A DNA stretch of 64,000 nt from an uncultured Solirubrobacteraceae bacterium (GCA_963827105.1 CAWHAB010000010.1:316512-380511); one strand, 5' to 3'; counted from the stretch's first letter, positions 22,518-32,759 are shown. The notes: generated by a model from the sequence alone, not told the origin. Translations and numbers: made by a program.

Positions 22518-24194
22518 ATGGCCCCTCCTGCCTCGATCGTGATCCCCACCCGCGACCGCCTTGCGTATCTGCAGGTCGCGCTCGCGTCGATCCGCGCGGA
22601 TGCCCGCGAGCTCGGCGCCGAGGTGCTCGTGATCGACGACGCGGGCCCGTCGGCCGCGGTGCGCAGCCTGGCCCTGAGCCTCGACGCACGCTATGAGCCG
22701 CATCCCGCTCCGCTGGGGTTGAACGTCGCGCGCAACACCGGCGTCGAGCGCTCGGCGGGCACGCTCGTGGTGTTCCTCGACGATGACATCAGCGCCTGCG
22801 CGGGGTGGCTCGCGGCACTGCTCGACGCGGCCGCGGCGAACCCGGATGTCGACGTCTTCGCCGGGCCGATCCGGGCCCACCTCGAAGGTCCCGCGCCCCA
22901 CAGCTGCGGCCGCGAGCGCCCGCCGATCACGACGCTCGAGCTGGGCGAGCGCGACACCGATGCGCGCTTCGCGTGGGGGGCGAACATGGCGATCCGGCGC
23001 GACGCGCTGGAGCGCGTCGGGCCGTTCGACGTCTCGCTCGAGCACGGCGGCGATGAGCAGGAGTGGCAGGAACGGCTGCGCGCGCAGAACCCCGGTGCGC
23101 GTGTCATGTACGTCGCCGGCGCCGCGGTCGAGCATCGCCGCGTCGGCACCGATGCACGCCTGCGCTCGCTCTCGCGCGCAGCCTACGCCCGCGGCCGCGC
23201 GGCGCGGCGCTTCGACGCGCGCCGGGGCTGCGCGCCGTCGCTCGCGGGTGAGCTGCGAACGCTCGCCGGCTGCCTTGCGCACGTGATCGCGCGCGCCTGC
23301 CCGGCGGGACTGACGATGGCGACGCACAGCGCCGGGCGCCTGCGCGAAGGACTCGGTGAACGCCGCGGCGGGGCCGCGGGCGCTGGGGGCGCCGGCGAGG
23401 ACTTCCTGTCCGGGGCCAGCGGCACGGTCGGCGGCGTTGACGCGCTGCGCAGGGCCACGGAGGATCACGCGCTCGACGCGCTCGAGCTGCTGAGCGGGCG
23501 GCGTCTGGCGCTCACCCGGGCGGCTCGGCGCCAGCCGCCGCGCAGGCGCGTTCTGGCGCTCGGCATCGAGCGGCCCGAGCGGCGCGAGCTGGCGCGGGCG
23601 ATCCGCGCCGAGCTGGCGCGCTCGCGCCATCGCGTCGAGCTGCACACGCGCGCCCCGCACGGGCTGGGTAAGTTCGAGAACCTCAACCTGCTGCTCGCCG
23701 AACACGACGCCGGCGAGCACGACTGGCTGCTCGTGATCGACGACGACGTCGAGTTGCCACGCGGCTTCCTGGACAACTTCCTGTTCCTCTGCGAGCGCTT
23801 CTCGCTCGCGCTCGCCCAGCCGGCGCATCGGCTGAACTCGCACGCGGCGTGGGCTGTGACGAGGCGCCGCCCCGCGAGCGTCGCGCGCGAGACGCGGTTC
23901 GTGGAGATCGGTCCGATCACGGCGTTCGCGCGCGCGACGTTCCCGCTGCTGCTGCCGTTCCCCGAGCTGCGCATGGGCTGGGGCCTGGACCTGCACTGGG
24001 CGGCGCTCGCGAGCGAGCAGCGCTGGCGCTGCGGCGTGATCGATGCGGCCGCGATCGCCCATCGCGCGGCGCCGGCGGCGGCGGACTATCCGCGCGAGGC
24101 GGCGATCGCGGAGGCGCGCGCGTTCCTCGCGGACCGCAGCTACCTCACTGCCGAGCAGGCCGGGCGCACCCTCACGACCCATCGCCGCTGGTGA
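22518..24194 (+). CDS. Glycosyltransferase family 2 with a second C-terminal GT-A-like domain
   Basis: SIVIPTRDR, VLVIDD, ARNTG, VFLDDD, GGDEQEW. Second domain has DWLLVIDDDV and GWGLD. Confidence 0.88.
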   Translation: MAPPASIVIPTRDRLAYLQVALASIRADARELGAEVLVIDDAGPSAAVRSLALSLDARYEPHPAPLGLNVARNTGVERSAGTLVVFLDDDISACAGWLAALLDAAAANPDVDVFAGPIRAHLEGPAPHSCGRERPPITTLELGERDTDARFAWGANMAIRRDALERVGPFDVSLEHGGDEQEWQERLRAQNPGARVMYVAGAAVEHRRVGTDARLRSLSRAAYARGRAARRFDARRGCAPSLAGELRTLAGCLAHVIARACPAGLTMATHSAGRLREGLGERRGGAAGAGGAGEDFLSGASGTVGGVDALRRATEDHALDALELLSGRRLALTRAARRQPPRRRVLALGIERPERRELARAIRAELARSRHRVELHTRAPHGLGKFENLNLLLAEHDAGEHDWLLVIDDDVELPRGFLDNFLFLCERFSLALAQPAHRLNSHAAWAVTRRRPASVARETRFVEIGPITAFARATFPLLLPFPELRMGWGLDLHWAALASEQRWRCGVIDAAAIAHRAAPAAADYPREAAIAEARAFLADRSYLTAEQAGRTLTTHRRW

Positions 24195-25417
24195 ACGCCG
24201 CCAACGGCCAGCGACGGCGTCCGCGCGTGGCGGTCGTCGCCGAGTTCTACCCGAGCGTGCGCGATCCCGTGATGGGGATCTGGGCGCACCGCCAGGCGCT
24301 CGCCGCGCGCGCGGCCGGAGCCGACGTGCGCGTGCTCGTCCTGCACCGGCTGATACCGCCGCGCGCGGCGCTCGCAGCAGGAGCGCGCGGAGCCGCACTG
24401 GCGCTGTCGGCCCGTGCCCGCGAGCCGCGCGCGCAGGTACGCGACGGCATCGCCGTCACGTACGTTCCCTACGTCTCGCCGCCCCGCAACCGAACGTACG
24501 CGCAATGGGGAGCGTGGGCGGCCCCGGCGCTGGCGCTCGCGCTGCGGCGGCTGCGGCGCGAGTTCCCCTTCGATCTGATCCATGCCCACAACGCGGTGCC
24601 CGCCGGCGATGCGGTCCGCCGCGCGCGCGGGGGCGTGCCGCTCGTGGTCTCGGTGCACGGCGGCGACGTGCTCTACACGGCCGTCCGCGGCGCGGCCGGC
24701 GCGGCCGCCGTCGCGCGCGGCCTCGGCGCCGCCCGGCTCGTGCTCGCAAACAGCCACGGGACCGCCGAGCTGGCGCGCTCCTACGGGGCCGGCGAGACGC
24801 GCGTGGTCCACCTCGGCACCGAGCTGCCCGAGCCGACGCCGCGGGGAGAGTCGCGCGGGGAGCGCGGCGCGGCCCCCGTGCTCGTCACCGTCGCGCATCT
24901 GGTCGCGCGCAAGCGCCACGCTGACGTGCTGCGCGCGCTCGCGGTGCTCAGCGGGCGATACCCCACGCTGCGCTACGCGATCGTCGGGGACGGGCCCGAG
25001 CGGATCGCGCTCGAAGGCCTTGCCGAGCGCCTCGGCGTCGCCGCGCGCGTCGATTTCCACGGGCAGCTCGCGCCGGCCGAGGCGATCGCGCAGGCGCGGC
25101 GCGCAACGCTGTTCGTGATGCCCTCGACAGATGAGGCGTTCGGCGTCGCCTATGTCGAGGCGATGGCCGCGGGGGTACCGGCGATCGGCTGCCGCGGCGA
25201 GCCCGGGCCCGAGGAGATCGCGGCCGCCGGCGATGGCTTCATGCTCGTCCCGCCGGGAGACATCGAGCGCCTCACACAGCGCATCGACGAGCTCCTCTCC
25301 GATCCGCTGCGGCTGCGCGAGGCGGGCCAGCGCGCGCGTGCGACGGTCGCGGCGCACTTCACCTGGGAGGTTTGCGGCGAGCAGACGCTGCGCGCCTACG
25401 AACGGGCGCTCGAGTGA
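24191..25417 (+). CDS. Glycosyltransferase family 4 (TuaC-like)
   Basis: FDLIHAH, VSVHGGDV, LVARKRH, DEAFGVAYVEAMAAGVP. Confidence 0.93.
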   Translation: MNAANGQRRRPRVAVVAEFYPSVRDPVMGIWAHRQALAARAAGADVRVLVLHRLIPPRAALAAGARGAALALSARAREPRAQVRDGIAVTYVPYVSPPRNRTYAQWGAWAAPALALALRRLRREFPFDLIHAHNAVPAGDAVRRARGGVPLVVSVHGGDVLYTAVRGAAGAAAVARGLGAARLVLANSHGTAELARSYGAGETRVVHLGTELPEPTPRGESRGERGAAPVLVTVAHLVARKRHADVLRALAVLSGRYPTLRYAIVGDGPERIALEGLAERLGVAARVDFHGQLAPAEAIAQARRATLFVMPSTDEAFGVAYVEAMAAGVPAIGCRGEPGPEEIAAAGDGFMLVPPGDIERLTQRIDELLSDPLRLREAGQRARATVAAHFTWEVCGEQTLRAYERALE

Positions 25418-26520
25418 AGCCGCTCCTGTTCGTCACCGGCCACGCGCCCGCTTACCGCGTGGGCGCGCTCGCGCGCCTGCATCAGCGCGAGCAGATCGAG
25501 CTCGCGCTGTTCGGCGGCCGCAGGCTGCACGGCGGCGCCGAAGCGGACACGGAGCTGCCGTTCCCGCACCGCCATGTGCACGCGCTCGAGCTCGCGCGGC
25601 TCGCGGCGAGTGGGCGCTACCGCGCGGTCGTCTGCCCGACGGGCGGTCGCCTGGCGCTGCTGGCGACGTGGGCGGGCGCGCGCGCCGGGCGGACGCCGCT
25701 GATCCTGTGGGCTTCGCTGTGGGCGCACCCGCGCAGCGCCGCGCACGCGCTCAGCTATCCGCTGCTGCTGCGCCTGTACCGCTCGGCCGACGCGGTGGTC
25801 ACCTATGGCACGCACGTCAGCGCGTACGTGAGCGCGCACGGAGCACGCAACGTCCACGTCGCCGCGCAGTCCGTCGACAATGACTTCTGGGGCGCACACG
25901 CGAGCACAAGCCCGCAGGACCCCCGCTGGCCCGCCGATGCGGCGGTCAGGTTCCTGTTCGTCGGCCGCGACGAGGCTGCAAAGGGCGTCGAGGTGCTCAC
26001 CGACGCGTGGCGCGCCGCGCGGCCGGATCCGCTCGCGGCGGCGCTCGTGCTCGTCGGCGTCGGCGCGGGCTCGCTGCACTCGCCCCGCCCCGGCAAAGGC
26101 GCGCCGGCGCCGATCGTCGCGCTCGGACGGCTCGAGCCGCGAGCGCTGCGCGAGGTATATGCGGCGAGCGACGTGCTGATCGTGCCGTCGATCGCGACGC
26201 GCACCTTTCGCGAGCCGTGGGGGTTGGTTGTCAACGAGGCGATGAATCAGGGGCTCGCGGTCATCAGCAGCGACGCGGTCGGGGCCGCCGCCGGCGGGCT
26301 CGTTCGCGACGGCGTCAACGGCCTGATCGTCCCCGCCGGCGACCCGCTCGCGCTGGCCGGCGCGATCGCGGCGCTCGCGGCCCACCCGGCGCTCCGGGCC
26401 AGGCTGGGCGAGCGGGGCGCGCGCGACGTGCGCGCGTTCAGCCACGACGCGTGGGCGGGCGGGTTCTCACGCGCGCTGTCGAGCCTCGGGCTCTCCGAGG
26501 GCGTTGGTAGCGTTGCCTAG
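25414..26520 (+). CDS. Glycosyltransferase family 4
   Basis: FLFVGRDEAAKG and REPWGLVVNEAMNQGLAVISSDAVGAA. Confidence 0.93.
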   Translation: MKPLLFVTGHAPAYRVGALARLHQREQIELALFGGRRLHGGAEADTELPFPHRHVHALELARLAASGRYRAVVCPTGGRLALLATWAGARAGRTPLILWASLWAHPRSAAHALSYPLLLRLYRSADAVVTYGTHVSAYVSAHGARNVHVAAQSVDNDFWGAHASTSPQDPRWPADAAVRFLFVGRDEAAKGVEVLTDAWRAARPDPLAAALVLVGVGAGSLHSPRPGKGAPAPIVALGRLEPRALREVYAASDVLIVPSIATRTFREPWGLVVNEAMNQGLAVISSDAVGAAAGGLVRDGVNGLIVPAGDPLALAGAIAALAAHPALRARLGERGARDVRAFSHDAWAGGFSRALSSLGLSEGVGSVA

Positions 26521-26527
26521 CGCGCTC

Positions 26528-27076
26528 ATGAGAATCGCCCGCCTCGAGAGCCGATCGACCCGCGGTCGGCCGGTCCTGCTGATCGCGATCGCGGCAGCGC
26601 TCGCGCTGGCGCCGGCAGCCAACGGCGACATCGGCGAAACGATCATCCTGCGCTGCACCCATGAAGAATCGCTGAGCGGGTTCAGCCAGAGCGCCTACAA
26701 CAAGGCGCTGAAAGAGCTGAGCGCGGACACCGAAGAGTATTCCGACTGCTCCTCGCGGATCCGCCAGGCGCAGGCCGCCGCGGCCGGCGGCCACGGCGCG
26801 GCAAGCGAACCGGCCGGCAGCTCGGCGCAGCCCACCACGCTGGCTGCAACGCCGGCGGAGCAGCTCGCGCTCGCGCGCGCCAGGCGCGCGCCCTCGCGCG
26901 CGATCCGGCTCGGTGGGCAGCTGGTCGAGCCGGGCGTCGTGCACGCGAACATCGCATCCGCGTTCAGCTCCCTGCCGACGCCGCTGCTCGCGACGCTGGC
27001 GTTCCTGATCCTCTGCCTGCTGCTGATCCTCGCAGGCGTCCTGCGCAACCGAGTCCGTGCACGCCGTCCAGGCTGA
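26528..27076 (+). CDS. Hypothetical secreted protein with a Cys pair, Ala/Ser/Thr linker and C-terminal TM plus basic tail
   Basis: Signal peptide LLIAIAAALALAPAANG. C-terminus SSLPTPLLATLAFLILCLLLILAGVLRNRVRARR. Overlaps the next gene. Confidence 0.75.
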   Translation: MRIARLESRSTRGRPVLLIAIAAALALAPAANGDIGETIILRCTHEESLSGFSQSAYNKALKELSADTEEYSDCSSRIRQAQAAAAGGHGAASEPAGSSAQPTTLAATPAEQLALARARRAPSRAIRLGGQLVEPGVVHANIASAFSSLPTPLLATLAFLILCLLLILAGVLRNRVRARRPG

Positions 27077-29456
27077 GCCGGTGGCCGCGCCCGTCGAGGT
27101 CGCGGCCGTCCCCACACAGCCGCCGCCGGGCGCGGCGTTCACGGCACGCGGCGACCGGCCGGCGCTGTGGTGGCCGACGCTGCTGGTCGCAGGGCTCTCC
27201 TGCTTCATCACCTTCTACGCCAAAGGCGGGCTCAACCTCGAAACGATGACGACGACCGAGATGGCGCTGACGCTCGGGGCTGCTCTGGCGGCGGCCGCCG
27301 CCGTGCTGCTGACGCCGTCCGGGAGGCCCGTGCGGGGCGGCTGGGCGCTCGCGCTGCTGCTCGCCTTCACCGCGCTGACGGCGATCTCGATCGTCTGGTC
27401 GGTACAGCCCGATGACAGCTGGCGCGACGCCAACCGGATGCTCGCCTACTGCGCGGTGTTCGGCGCGGCGATCGCGCTCGTGCGCCTCGCGCCGGAGCGC
27501 TGGCCCGCGGTCCTCTGCGGGCTCGCGCTGGGCTCGGTCGTGATCTGCGGCTACGCGCTGCTGAGCAAGGTCTTCCCCGCGTCGCTCGCGGTCGCGAACG
27601 CGCCGGCGCGCCTGGAGGAACCGTATGGCTACTGGAACGCGACCGGCCTGCAGGCGGCGCTCGGCGCGATCTGCTGCATGTGGCTCGGCTCGCGCCGCAG
27701 CGGGCACGCGCTGCTCAGCACGCTCGCCTACCCGGCGATGGGGCTTTTGCTGCTGACGCTGAGCCTGGCCTATTCGCGCGGGTCGCTGATCGCCTTCGCG
27801 GTCGGCCTCGGCCTGTGGTTCTGCATCGTGCCGCTGCGCCTGCGGGGCGCTGCGGTGCTGGCGCTGGGAGGGCTCGGCGCCGCGGTCGTGAGCGCCTGGG
27901 ACTTCTCCAGGCACGCGCTCAGCGCCGAAGGCGTGACGCTCGCCGCGCGCACGACGGCGGGGCACCAACTCGGCGCGCTCGTGATCGCGATGGGGCTGGC
28001 GCTCGCGGTCGCGGGCGTCGCGATCGGCTTCCTGACCGACCGGCGCGCACCCTCGCCCGCCCTCCGCCAGGCGGCGGGGACGGCGGTGATCGCGCTGATT
28101 CTGCTGGCCGTGATCGCCTTCACGGGGGTGCTCGCGCAGAGCCACAGAGGCTTGACCGGGAGCGTCTCGCATGCGTTCCACGCGCTCACGGACCCGAACG
28201 CGAAGACGCCGCCGAACACGCCGGGGCGGCTGACCGCGGTCGCGAGTGTCCGCGCCCGCTACTGGAAGCAGGCGCTCGAGGTGTTCGATGCCCATCCGGC
28301 GCTCGGCGCCGGCGCCGAAGGCTACGCGACGGCGCATCTGCGCTATCGCACCGACACGCTGACGGTCAGGCACGCGCATGGCTTCGTCGTGCAGACGCTC
28401 GCCGATCTCGGTCTCGTCGGGCTGCTGTCGGCGGCCGCGCTCCTGCTCGCGTGGCTCGCGGCCGCGGGCAGCGCGACGCATCCGTTCAACCGCCGCTGGA
28501 GCGGGTGGGGCGAGTGGCGCCGGCTCGGCCGCGGTGGCCGGCCGGGATGGCGCCGCCACAAGCTGCCCTACTCGGCCGAGCGCGTCGGCTTGCTGAGCAT
28601 GCTCTGCGTCGTCGCCACCTTCGGCGCGCACTCGCTGATCGACTGGACCTGGTACGTGCCCGGCGACGCGTGCGCCGCGCTGCTGTGCGCGGGCTGGCTG
28701 GCCGGCCGCGGGCCGCTCTCGGGCGCAAGCGCCGCCGGGGCGGCTGCCGGCGGCGCGCATCCGGTCGGCGATTCCGCGCGCAGGCGCCGGGGCGACGTGC
28801 GCGCCGCGGTCGCGCTCGCCGCGATCGTCGCAGCGCTGCTTGCGGCCTGGTCGCAGTGGCAACCGCAGCGCTCAGAAGAGGCGCGCACGCAGGCGCTGGC
28901 ACTGCTCGCGAGCCACCCGGCCGCGGCCGAAGCGGCGGCGAAGACGGCGGTCCAGCGCAATCCGCTGTCGGTCGAAGCGCTGTTCACGCTCGCCGAAGTG
29001 CAGAGCTCGCGCGGGCAGTCGGCGCTTGCACGGGCGACGCTCCAGCAGGCCGTGCGCCTGCAGCCGTCGAACCCGGAAACGTGGCTGAAGCTCGGGCGCT
29101 ATGACCTCGCGAACGACCACTCGCCGAGCGGCGCGCAGCTCGCGCTGCGCGAGCTGCAGGCGGCGATCTTCCTCAATCCATCTTCGATCTCCGCGGAAGC
29201 GATCGCCGCCGGGAATCGCGAAGCGATCGAAATCCACAACGACTACATCGAGGCGGTGCGCGCGACGATGGCGCCGCGAAGCCCGGCGCAGGCGCGCGCC
29301 GGGCGCCCGGCGCGGCGCGTGGCGCAGCGGCGGGCCACAGCCGCCGCGCCGCTCAAAAGCGTCTCCGCACAGCGCGCGCGAGCAGCACGCGTCCGGCGGC
29401 GGACCGAACGTCGACTGCGTCGAATCCGAATTCGCGAACTAGCTCGCGGAGCGTAG
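27057..29456 (+). CDS. O-antigen ligase/O-oligosaccharyltransferase-like membrane protein with C-terminal TPR region
   Basis: Many TMs. Motifs RLEEPYGYWNATG, LAYSRGS, RARYWKQAL, HPALGAGAEGY, HAHGFVVQTLADLGLVG, HSLIDWTW. TPR-like QAVRLQPSNPETW. The last ~100 bp overlap the convergent gene, so the true end may be earlier. Confidence 0.9.
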   Translation: MHAVQAEPVAAPVEVAAVPTQPPPGAAFTARGDRPALWWPTLLVAGLSCFITFYAKGGLNLETMTTTEMALTLGAALAAAAAVLLTPSGRPVRGGWALALLLAFTALTAISIVWSVQPDDSWRDANRMLAYCAVFGAAIALVRLAPERWPAVLCGLALGSVVICGYALLSKVFPASLAVANAPARLEEPYGYWNATGLQAALGAICCMWLGSRRSGHALLSTLAYPAMGLLLLTLSLAYSRGSLIAFAVGLGLWFCIVPLRLRGAAVLALGGLGAAVVSAWDFSRHALSAEGVTLAARTTAGHQLGALVIAMGLALAVAGVAIGFLTDRRAPSPALRQAAGTAVIALILLAVIAFTGVLAQSHRGLTGSVSHAFHALTDPNAKTPPNTPGRLTAVASVRARYWKQALEVFDAHPALGAGAEGYATAHLRYRTDTLTVRHAHGFVVQTLADLGLVGLLSAAALLLAWLAAAGSATHPFNRRWSGWGEWRRLGRGGRPGWRRHKLPYSAERVGLLSMLCVVATFGAHSLIDWTWYVPGDACAALLCAGWLAGRGPLSGASAAGAAAGGAHPVGDSARRRRGDVRAAVALAAIVAALLAAWSQWQPQRSEEARTQALALLASHPAAAEAAAKTAVQRNPLSVEALFTLAEVQSSRGQSALARATLQQAVRLQPSNPETWLKLGRYDLANDHSPSGAQLALRELQAAIFLNPSSISAEAIAAGNREAIEIHNDYIEAVRATMAPRSPAQARAGRPARRVAQRRATAAAPLKSVSAQRARAARVRRRTERRLRRIRIRELARGA

Positions 29457-29964
29457 CGCGGGTGTAGAAGCGCAGATGGTCGGCGCGGGGGTCGAAGTGA
29501 GCGGCGAACGCGCGCGCGGAGAGCATCAGGCGCAGGCGCGTGCGGGCGCCGTGGTCGGGTGTGCTGAGCAGGAGCCGCCCGCCGGAGCGCAGCACGCGGC
29601 GGGCCTCTGAGAGCCAGGCGGCGGTATCGGCGACGTGCTCGATCACCTCGCCGGCCCAGACGACGTCGAAGCTCGCGTCCTCGAGCGGCCAGCTTCCTTC
29701 GCCGTCGATCAGCCGCGCGTCGAGCCCGGGGTGGCGCGCCCGCGCGCGGCGCAACGGCTCCTCGGCGACATCGACGGCGACGACCTCGGCATGCGCGTCG
29801 AGCAGCGCCGCGGCGAAGCTTCCCTCGCCGCAGCCGACGTCGAGCACGCGCTCACCCGCGCGGACGTGATCGAGCAGGAAGCGCCTGCGCAGCTCGAGGT
29901 CGGGCGGCTGCAGGCCTTCGGGCAGCGCCTGCCAGAGGCCTTCGTGGTACTCGCGCCTTCCCAT
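29353..29964 (-). CDS. Class I SAM-dependent methyltransferase
   Basis: VLDVGCGEG, SFDVVWAGEVIEHV, VLRSGGRLLLSTP, HLRFYT. Confidence 0.93.
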   Translation of the reverse strand: MGRREYHEGLWQALPEGLQPPDLELRRRFLLDHVRAGERVLDVGCGEGSFAAALLDAHAEVVAVDVAEEPLRRARARHPGLDARLIDGEGSWPLEDASFDVVWAGEVIEHVADTAAWLSEARRVLRSGGRLLLSTPDHGARTRLRLMLSARAFAAHFDPRADHLRFYTRATLRELVREFGFDAVDVRSAAGRVLLARAVRRRF

Positions 29965-30091
29965 CGCGCCCAGGCTAGAGCGCGCCGCCACGCGGGCATG
30001 CAGAGAAGCTGTCATCTCTATGCAAGCCTGCGCAAACGAACTATGTTGGCGCCGTGTTCATATACGCGACGGCAGCCGGCGCCGGGGAGTC

Positions 30092-31105
30092 GTGAGGGTC
30101 GCCTTCGACAGCCGCCCGACGGCGGAGCCGACCGGCGTCGGGCGCTACTCGCGCTGTCTGCTCGAGGCGCTGCGCGCGACCGCCGGCGGCGAGGAGCTGA
30201 TCGAGGTGCGCCGTCAGACGGCAACGCTGATGCCGCGCAAGCCGGACGTCTTTCACACGCCGTGGATCGACGGCGCGATGTTGCACAGTCCCTGGCCGAT
30301 GGTCGTGACGATTCACGATCTGGCGGCGCTGAAGCGTCGCAGCGAGTACCTGCGCGCCGGCCTGCGTCTGCGCCTGCGCCACCTCGCGGTGCAACGTGCG
30401 GTGTGCGTGATCGTGCCGACCGCGGCGGTGGCCGCGGATGCGGTCGAGCATCTGCGCCTCGAGCGCGAGCGCGTCGTCGTGATCGCCGAGGCGGCCGATG
30501 CCTCGATGTATCCGCGCGGGCCCGCGGAGATCGCCGCGGCGCGAGCCCGCTTCGGGCTGCCCGAGCGCTACCTCGTATGGGTCGGGGGCCTGCGCCACCC
30601 GGACCCCGGCAAGCACATCGCGAAGCTCGCGGGCGCCGCCCGCGAGCTGCCGCTGGTGCTCGTCGGCGCAACCCGCCCGTGGGCGCACGAGCTCCCCGAC
30701 GTGCTGCTGACGGGACAGGTCTCAGACGAGCAGCTCGCGGCGATCTACAGCGGCGCGCACGCGCTCGTGCTGCCGTCGGAGAACGAGGGCTTCGGGCTGC
30801 CGGCCGTCGAGGCGCTGGCGTGCGGCACGCCGGTCGTCGCCTGCGACGCGCCCGCGCTGCGCGAGTCGCTGGGCGATCGCGCGACGTTCGTCGCGCGCGG
30901 CGACATGGCCGCGCTGATCGCCGCGGCGGAGGGGGCACGGCGCCCGGCGCCGGCGCCGGCGGCGTGGAGCTGGGAGGATGCCGCGCACAGCACCTGGGCG
31001 GTGTACAGGCGCGCGGGCGCAGCGCCCGAGGCACAGCGCGCCTCGCCGCGCCCGCTGCGCCGCCTGCCCGGCGGTGCGGCCGGGATCGACGGCCTCGAGG
31101 TATAG
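30092..31105 (+). CDS. Glycosyltransferase family 4 (WbdB/MtfB-like)
   Basis: TGVGRY, VVTIHDL, EGFGLPAVEALACGTPVV. RBS GGGGAG precedes the GTG. Confidence 0.92.
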   Translation: MRVAFDSRPTAEPTGVGRYSRCLLEALRATAGGEELIEVRRQTATLMPRKPDVFHTPWIDGAMLHSPWPMVVTIHDLAALKRRSEYLRAGLRLRLRHLAVQRAVCVIVPTAAVAADAVEHLRLERERVVVIAEAADASMYPRGPAEIAAARARFGLPERYLVWVGGLRHPDPGKHIAKLAGAARELPLVLVGATRPWAHELPDVLLTGQVSDEQLAAIYSGAHALVLPSENEGFGLPAVEALACGTPVVACDAPALRESLGDRATFVARGDMAALIAAAEGARRPAPAPAAWSWEDAAHSTWAVYRRAGAAPEAQRASPRPLRRLPGGAAGIDGLEV

Positions 31106-31113
31106 CTCGCCGC

Positions 31114-32706
31114 TCAGTAGGCGCCGCGCCGCATCAGCACGGCGGGGATCGTCTTCAGCAGAATCGTCAGATCGAGCGCCAGCGACCAGTGCTCGAGGTA
31201 GATGAAGTCGAGGTGCACGAGGTCGTCGAAGTCGAGCTCGGAGCGACCGGAGACCTGCCACAGGCCGGTGATCCCCGGCAGCACCAGATAGCGCTTGCGG
31301 TGCCACTCCTCGAGCATCGAGTAGTCGCGTTCGGGCAGCGGCCGCGGACCGACCAGCGACATCTCGCCGCGCAGGACGTTGATCAGCTGCGGCAGCTCGT
31401 CGAGGGAGAAGCGCCGCAGCAGCCGCCCGACAGGGGTCAGGCGCGGGTCCTCGCGGATCTTGAACAGGGCTCCCGAGGCCTCGTTGAGGTCTTCGAGGTC
31501 GGCCTGGCGCTCTTCCGCGTCGGTGTGCATCGTGCGGAACTTCAGGCACGCGAACGGGCGCTGGGCGATCCCGCGGCGCATCGAGCTGAACAGGATCGGC
31601 CCGCGCGAGGTTGCCCGGACGGCGACCGTGATGATCAGCAGCAGCGGGCTGAGGAGCACGAGCAGAAGCGTCGAGCCGATGATGTCGAAGGTGCGCTTGA
31701 GCGCGAAGTCGACCCCCTCGAACACAGGCGGCGCGAGCTCGAACAGCGGCACCGACTGTCCGGGGACGAACTCCGCGCGGTGGATCAGGATCTCCATCGT
31801 CGAGGGCGCGAGCCGCACGCGCACGCCGTGGCGGTGGCACTGGTCGACCAGCTCGACGGCGTCGGCCTGGGGGAACTCGGGGTCGGCGATGATCACCTCG
31901 TCGACGCGCGCGGTGCTGAGCACGGCGTCGAGGTCGGCGAGCGATCCGAGCGGCTGCACGCCGTTGGCCGGCAGCGGGCTCGGCGAGAGGAAGCCGACGA
32001 CCTCGATCGGGAAGTGCGGCGCGTCCTTGAGCGCGTGCGCGACGTCGCCGATGTGCTTGCCGCGCCCGACGAGCACGGTCCGTCGCCGGTAGCCGGCGGC
32101 GCGCAGCAGGAATGCCGTGAAGCGCTCATACGCCGCACGCGCCACGGCGATGTAGAAGATCGCGAACGCGAGCGACGCGTAGAACAGGTAGTAGCTCGAG
32201 AAGTGTTCGCCGCTGACGACCGCGAAGATCAGCGCGACGAACGCGACCTGGAACAGCGAGCCGACGATCCGCGAGAGACCGGGGCGCAGCGCGCGCTCGG
32301 CGTACAGGCCGGAGAGCGAGAACAGCAGCGCGGTGATCAGGTAGGCGAACGGCAGGAAGTGCTTGGTCGTTTCGAGGGCGTTGTTGAGGTCGACGCGGCC
32401 GTGCACGACTTCCTTGAGGACGAGCGCGGTGAAGATCGCGAGCGCGACGCCCGCGAAGTCGAGCGCGAGCAGCGAGACGAGCCGCGCGGCGCGGCGCAGC
32501 GTCGAGAAGCGCAGCAGGAACGACAGGCCCGGAGGGCGCTTGCGGCGGATGTCGCGCTCGGAGGTCTCGAGGCGCAGGGCGGCCGCGCCGGGAATTTCGC
32601 GCAGCGGCACCGGCCGGACCGGCGGCGAGGCCGCTGAAGTCGAGCGCGAACGGGGGGCAGATGTGGTGGACGATCCCGACACGCGTGGTCCCATCTCGCT
32701 ACTCAC
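31114..32706 (-). CDS. Exopolysaccharide biosynthesis polyprenyl glycosylphosphotransferase (second WcaJ-like sugar transferase)
   Basis: N-terminal TMs, [68 protein letters not shown]. Confidence 0.96.
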   Translation of the reverse strand: MSSEMGPRVSGSSTTSAPRSRSTSAASPPVRPVPLREIPGAAALRLETSERDIRRKRPPGLSFLLRFSTLRRAARLVSLLALDFAGVALAIFTALVLKEVVHGRVDLNNALETTKHFLPFAYLITALLFSLSGLYAERALRPGLSRIVGSLFQVAFVALIFAVVSGEHFSSYYLFYASLAFAIFYIAVARAAYERFTAFLLRAAGYRRRTVLVGRGKHIGDVAHALKDAPHFPIEVVGFLSPSPLPANGVQPLGSLADLDAVLSTARVDEVIIADPEFPQADAVELVDQCHRHGVRVRLAPSTMEILIHRAEFVPGQSVPLFELAPPVFEGVDFALKRTFDIIGSTLLLVLLSPLLLIITVAVRATSRGPILFSSMRRGIAQRPFACLKFRTMHTDAEERQADLEDLNEASGALFKIREDPRLTPVGRLLRRFSLDELPQLINVLRGEMSLVGPRPLPERDYSMLEEWHRKRYLVLPGITGLWQVSGRSELDFDDLVHLDFIYLEHWSLALDLTILLKTIPAVLMRRGAY

Positions 32707-32733
32707 AACACCTCAGGCTCTCGGATGTAGCGG

Positions 32734-32759
32734 TTACCCAGACACCCACCGACCGAAAC
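32734..32759 (-). promoter_or_regulatory. Putative SigB/SigF-type promoter (GTTT-N16-GGGTAA) for the sugar transferase
   Basis: The minus strand reads GTTT cggtcggtgggtgtct GGGTAA, ending about 28 nt before the GTG at 32706. This matches the actinobacterial SigF/SigB consensus. Confidence 0.5.

Noticed and set aside
29635-32637. 1000-aa plus-strand ORF and many similar long Arg/Ala-rich ORFs (for example 64-1032, 22500-24398, 61532-63388)
   Set aside because: They are shadow frames of real genes in high-GC DNA and have no motifs.
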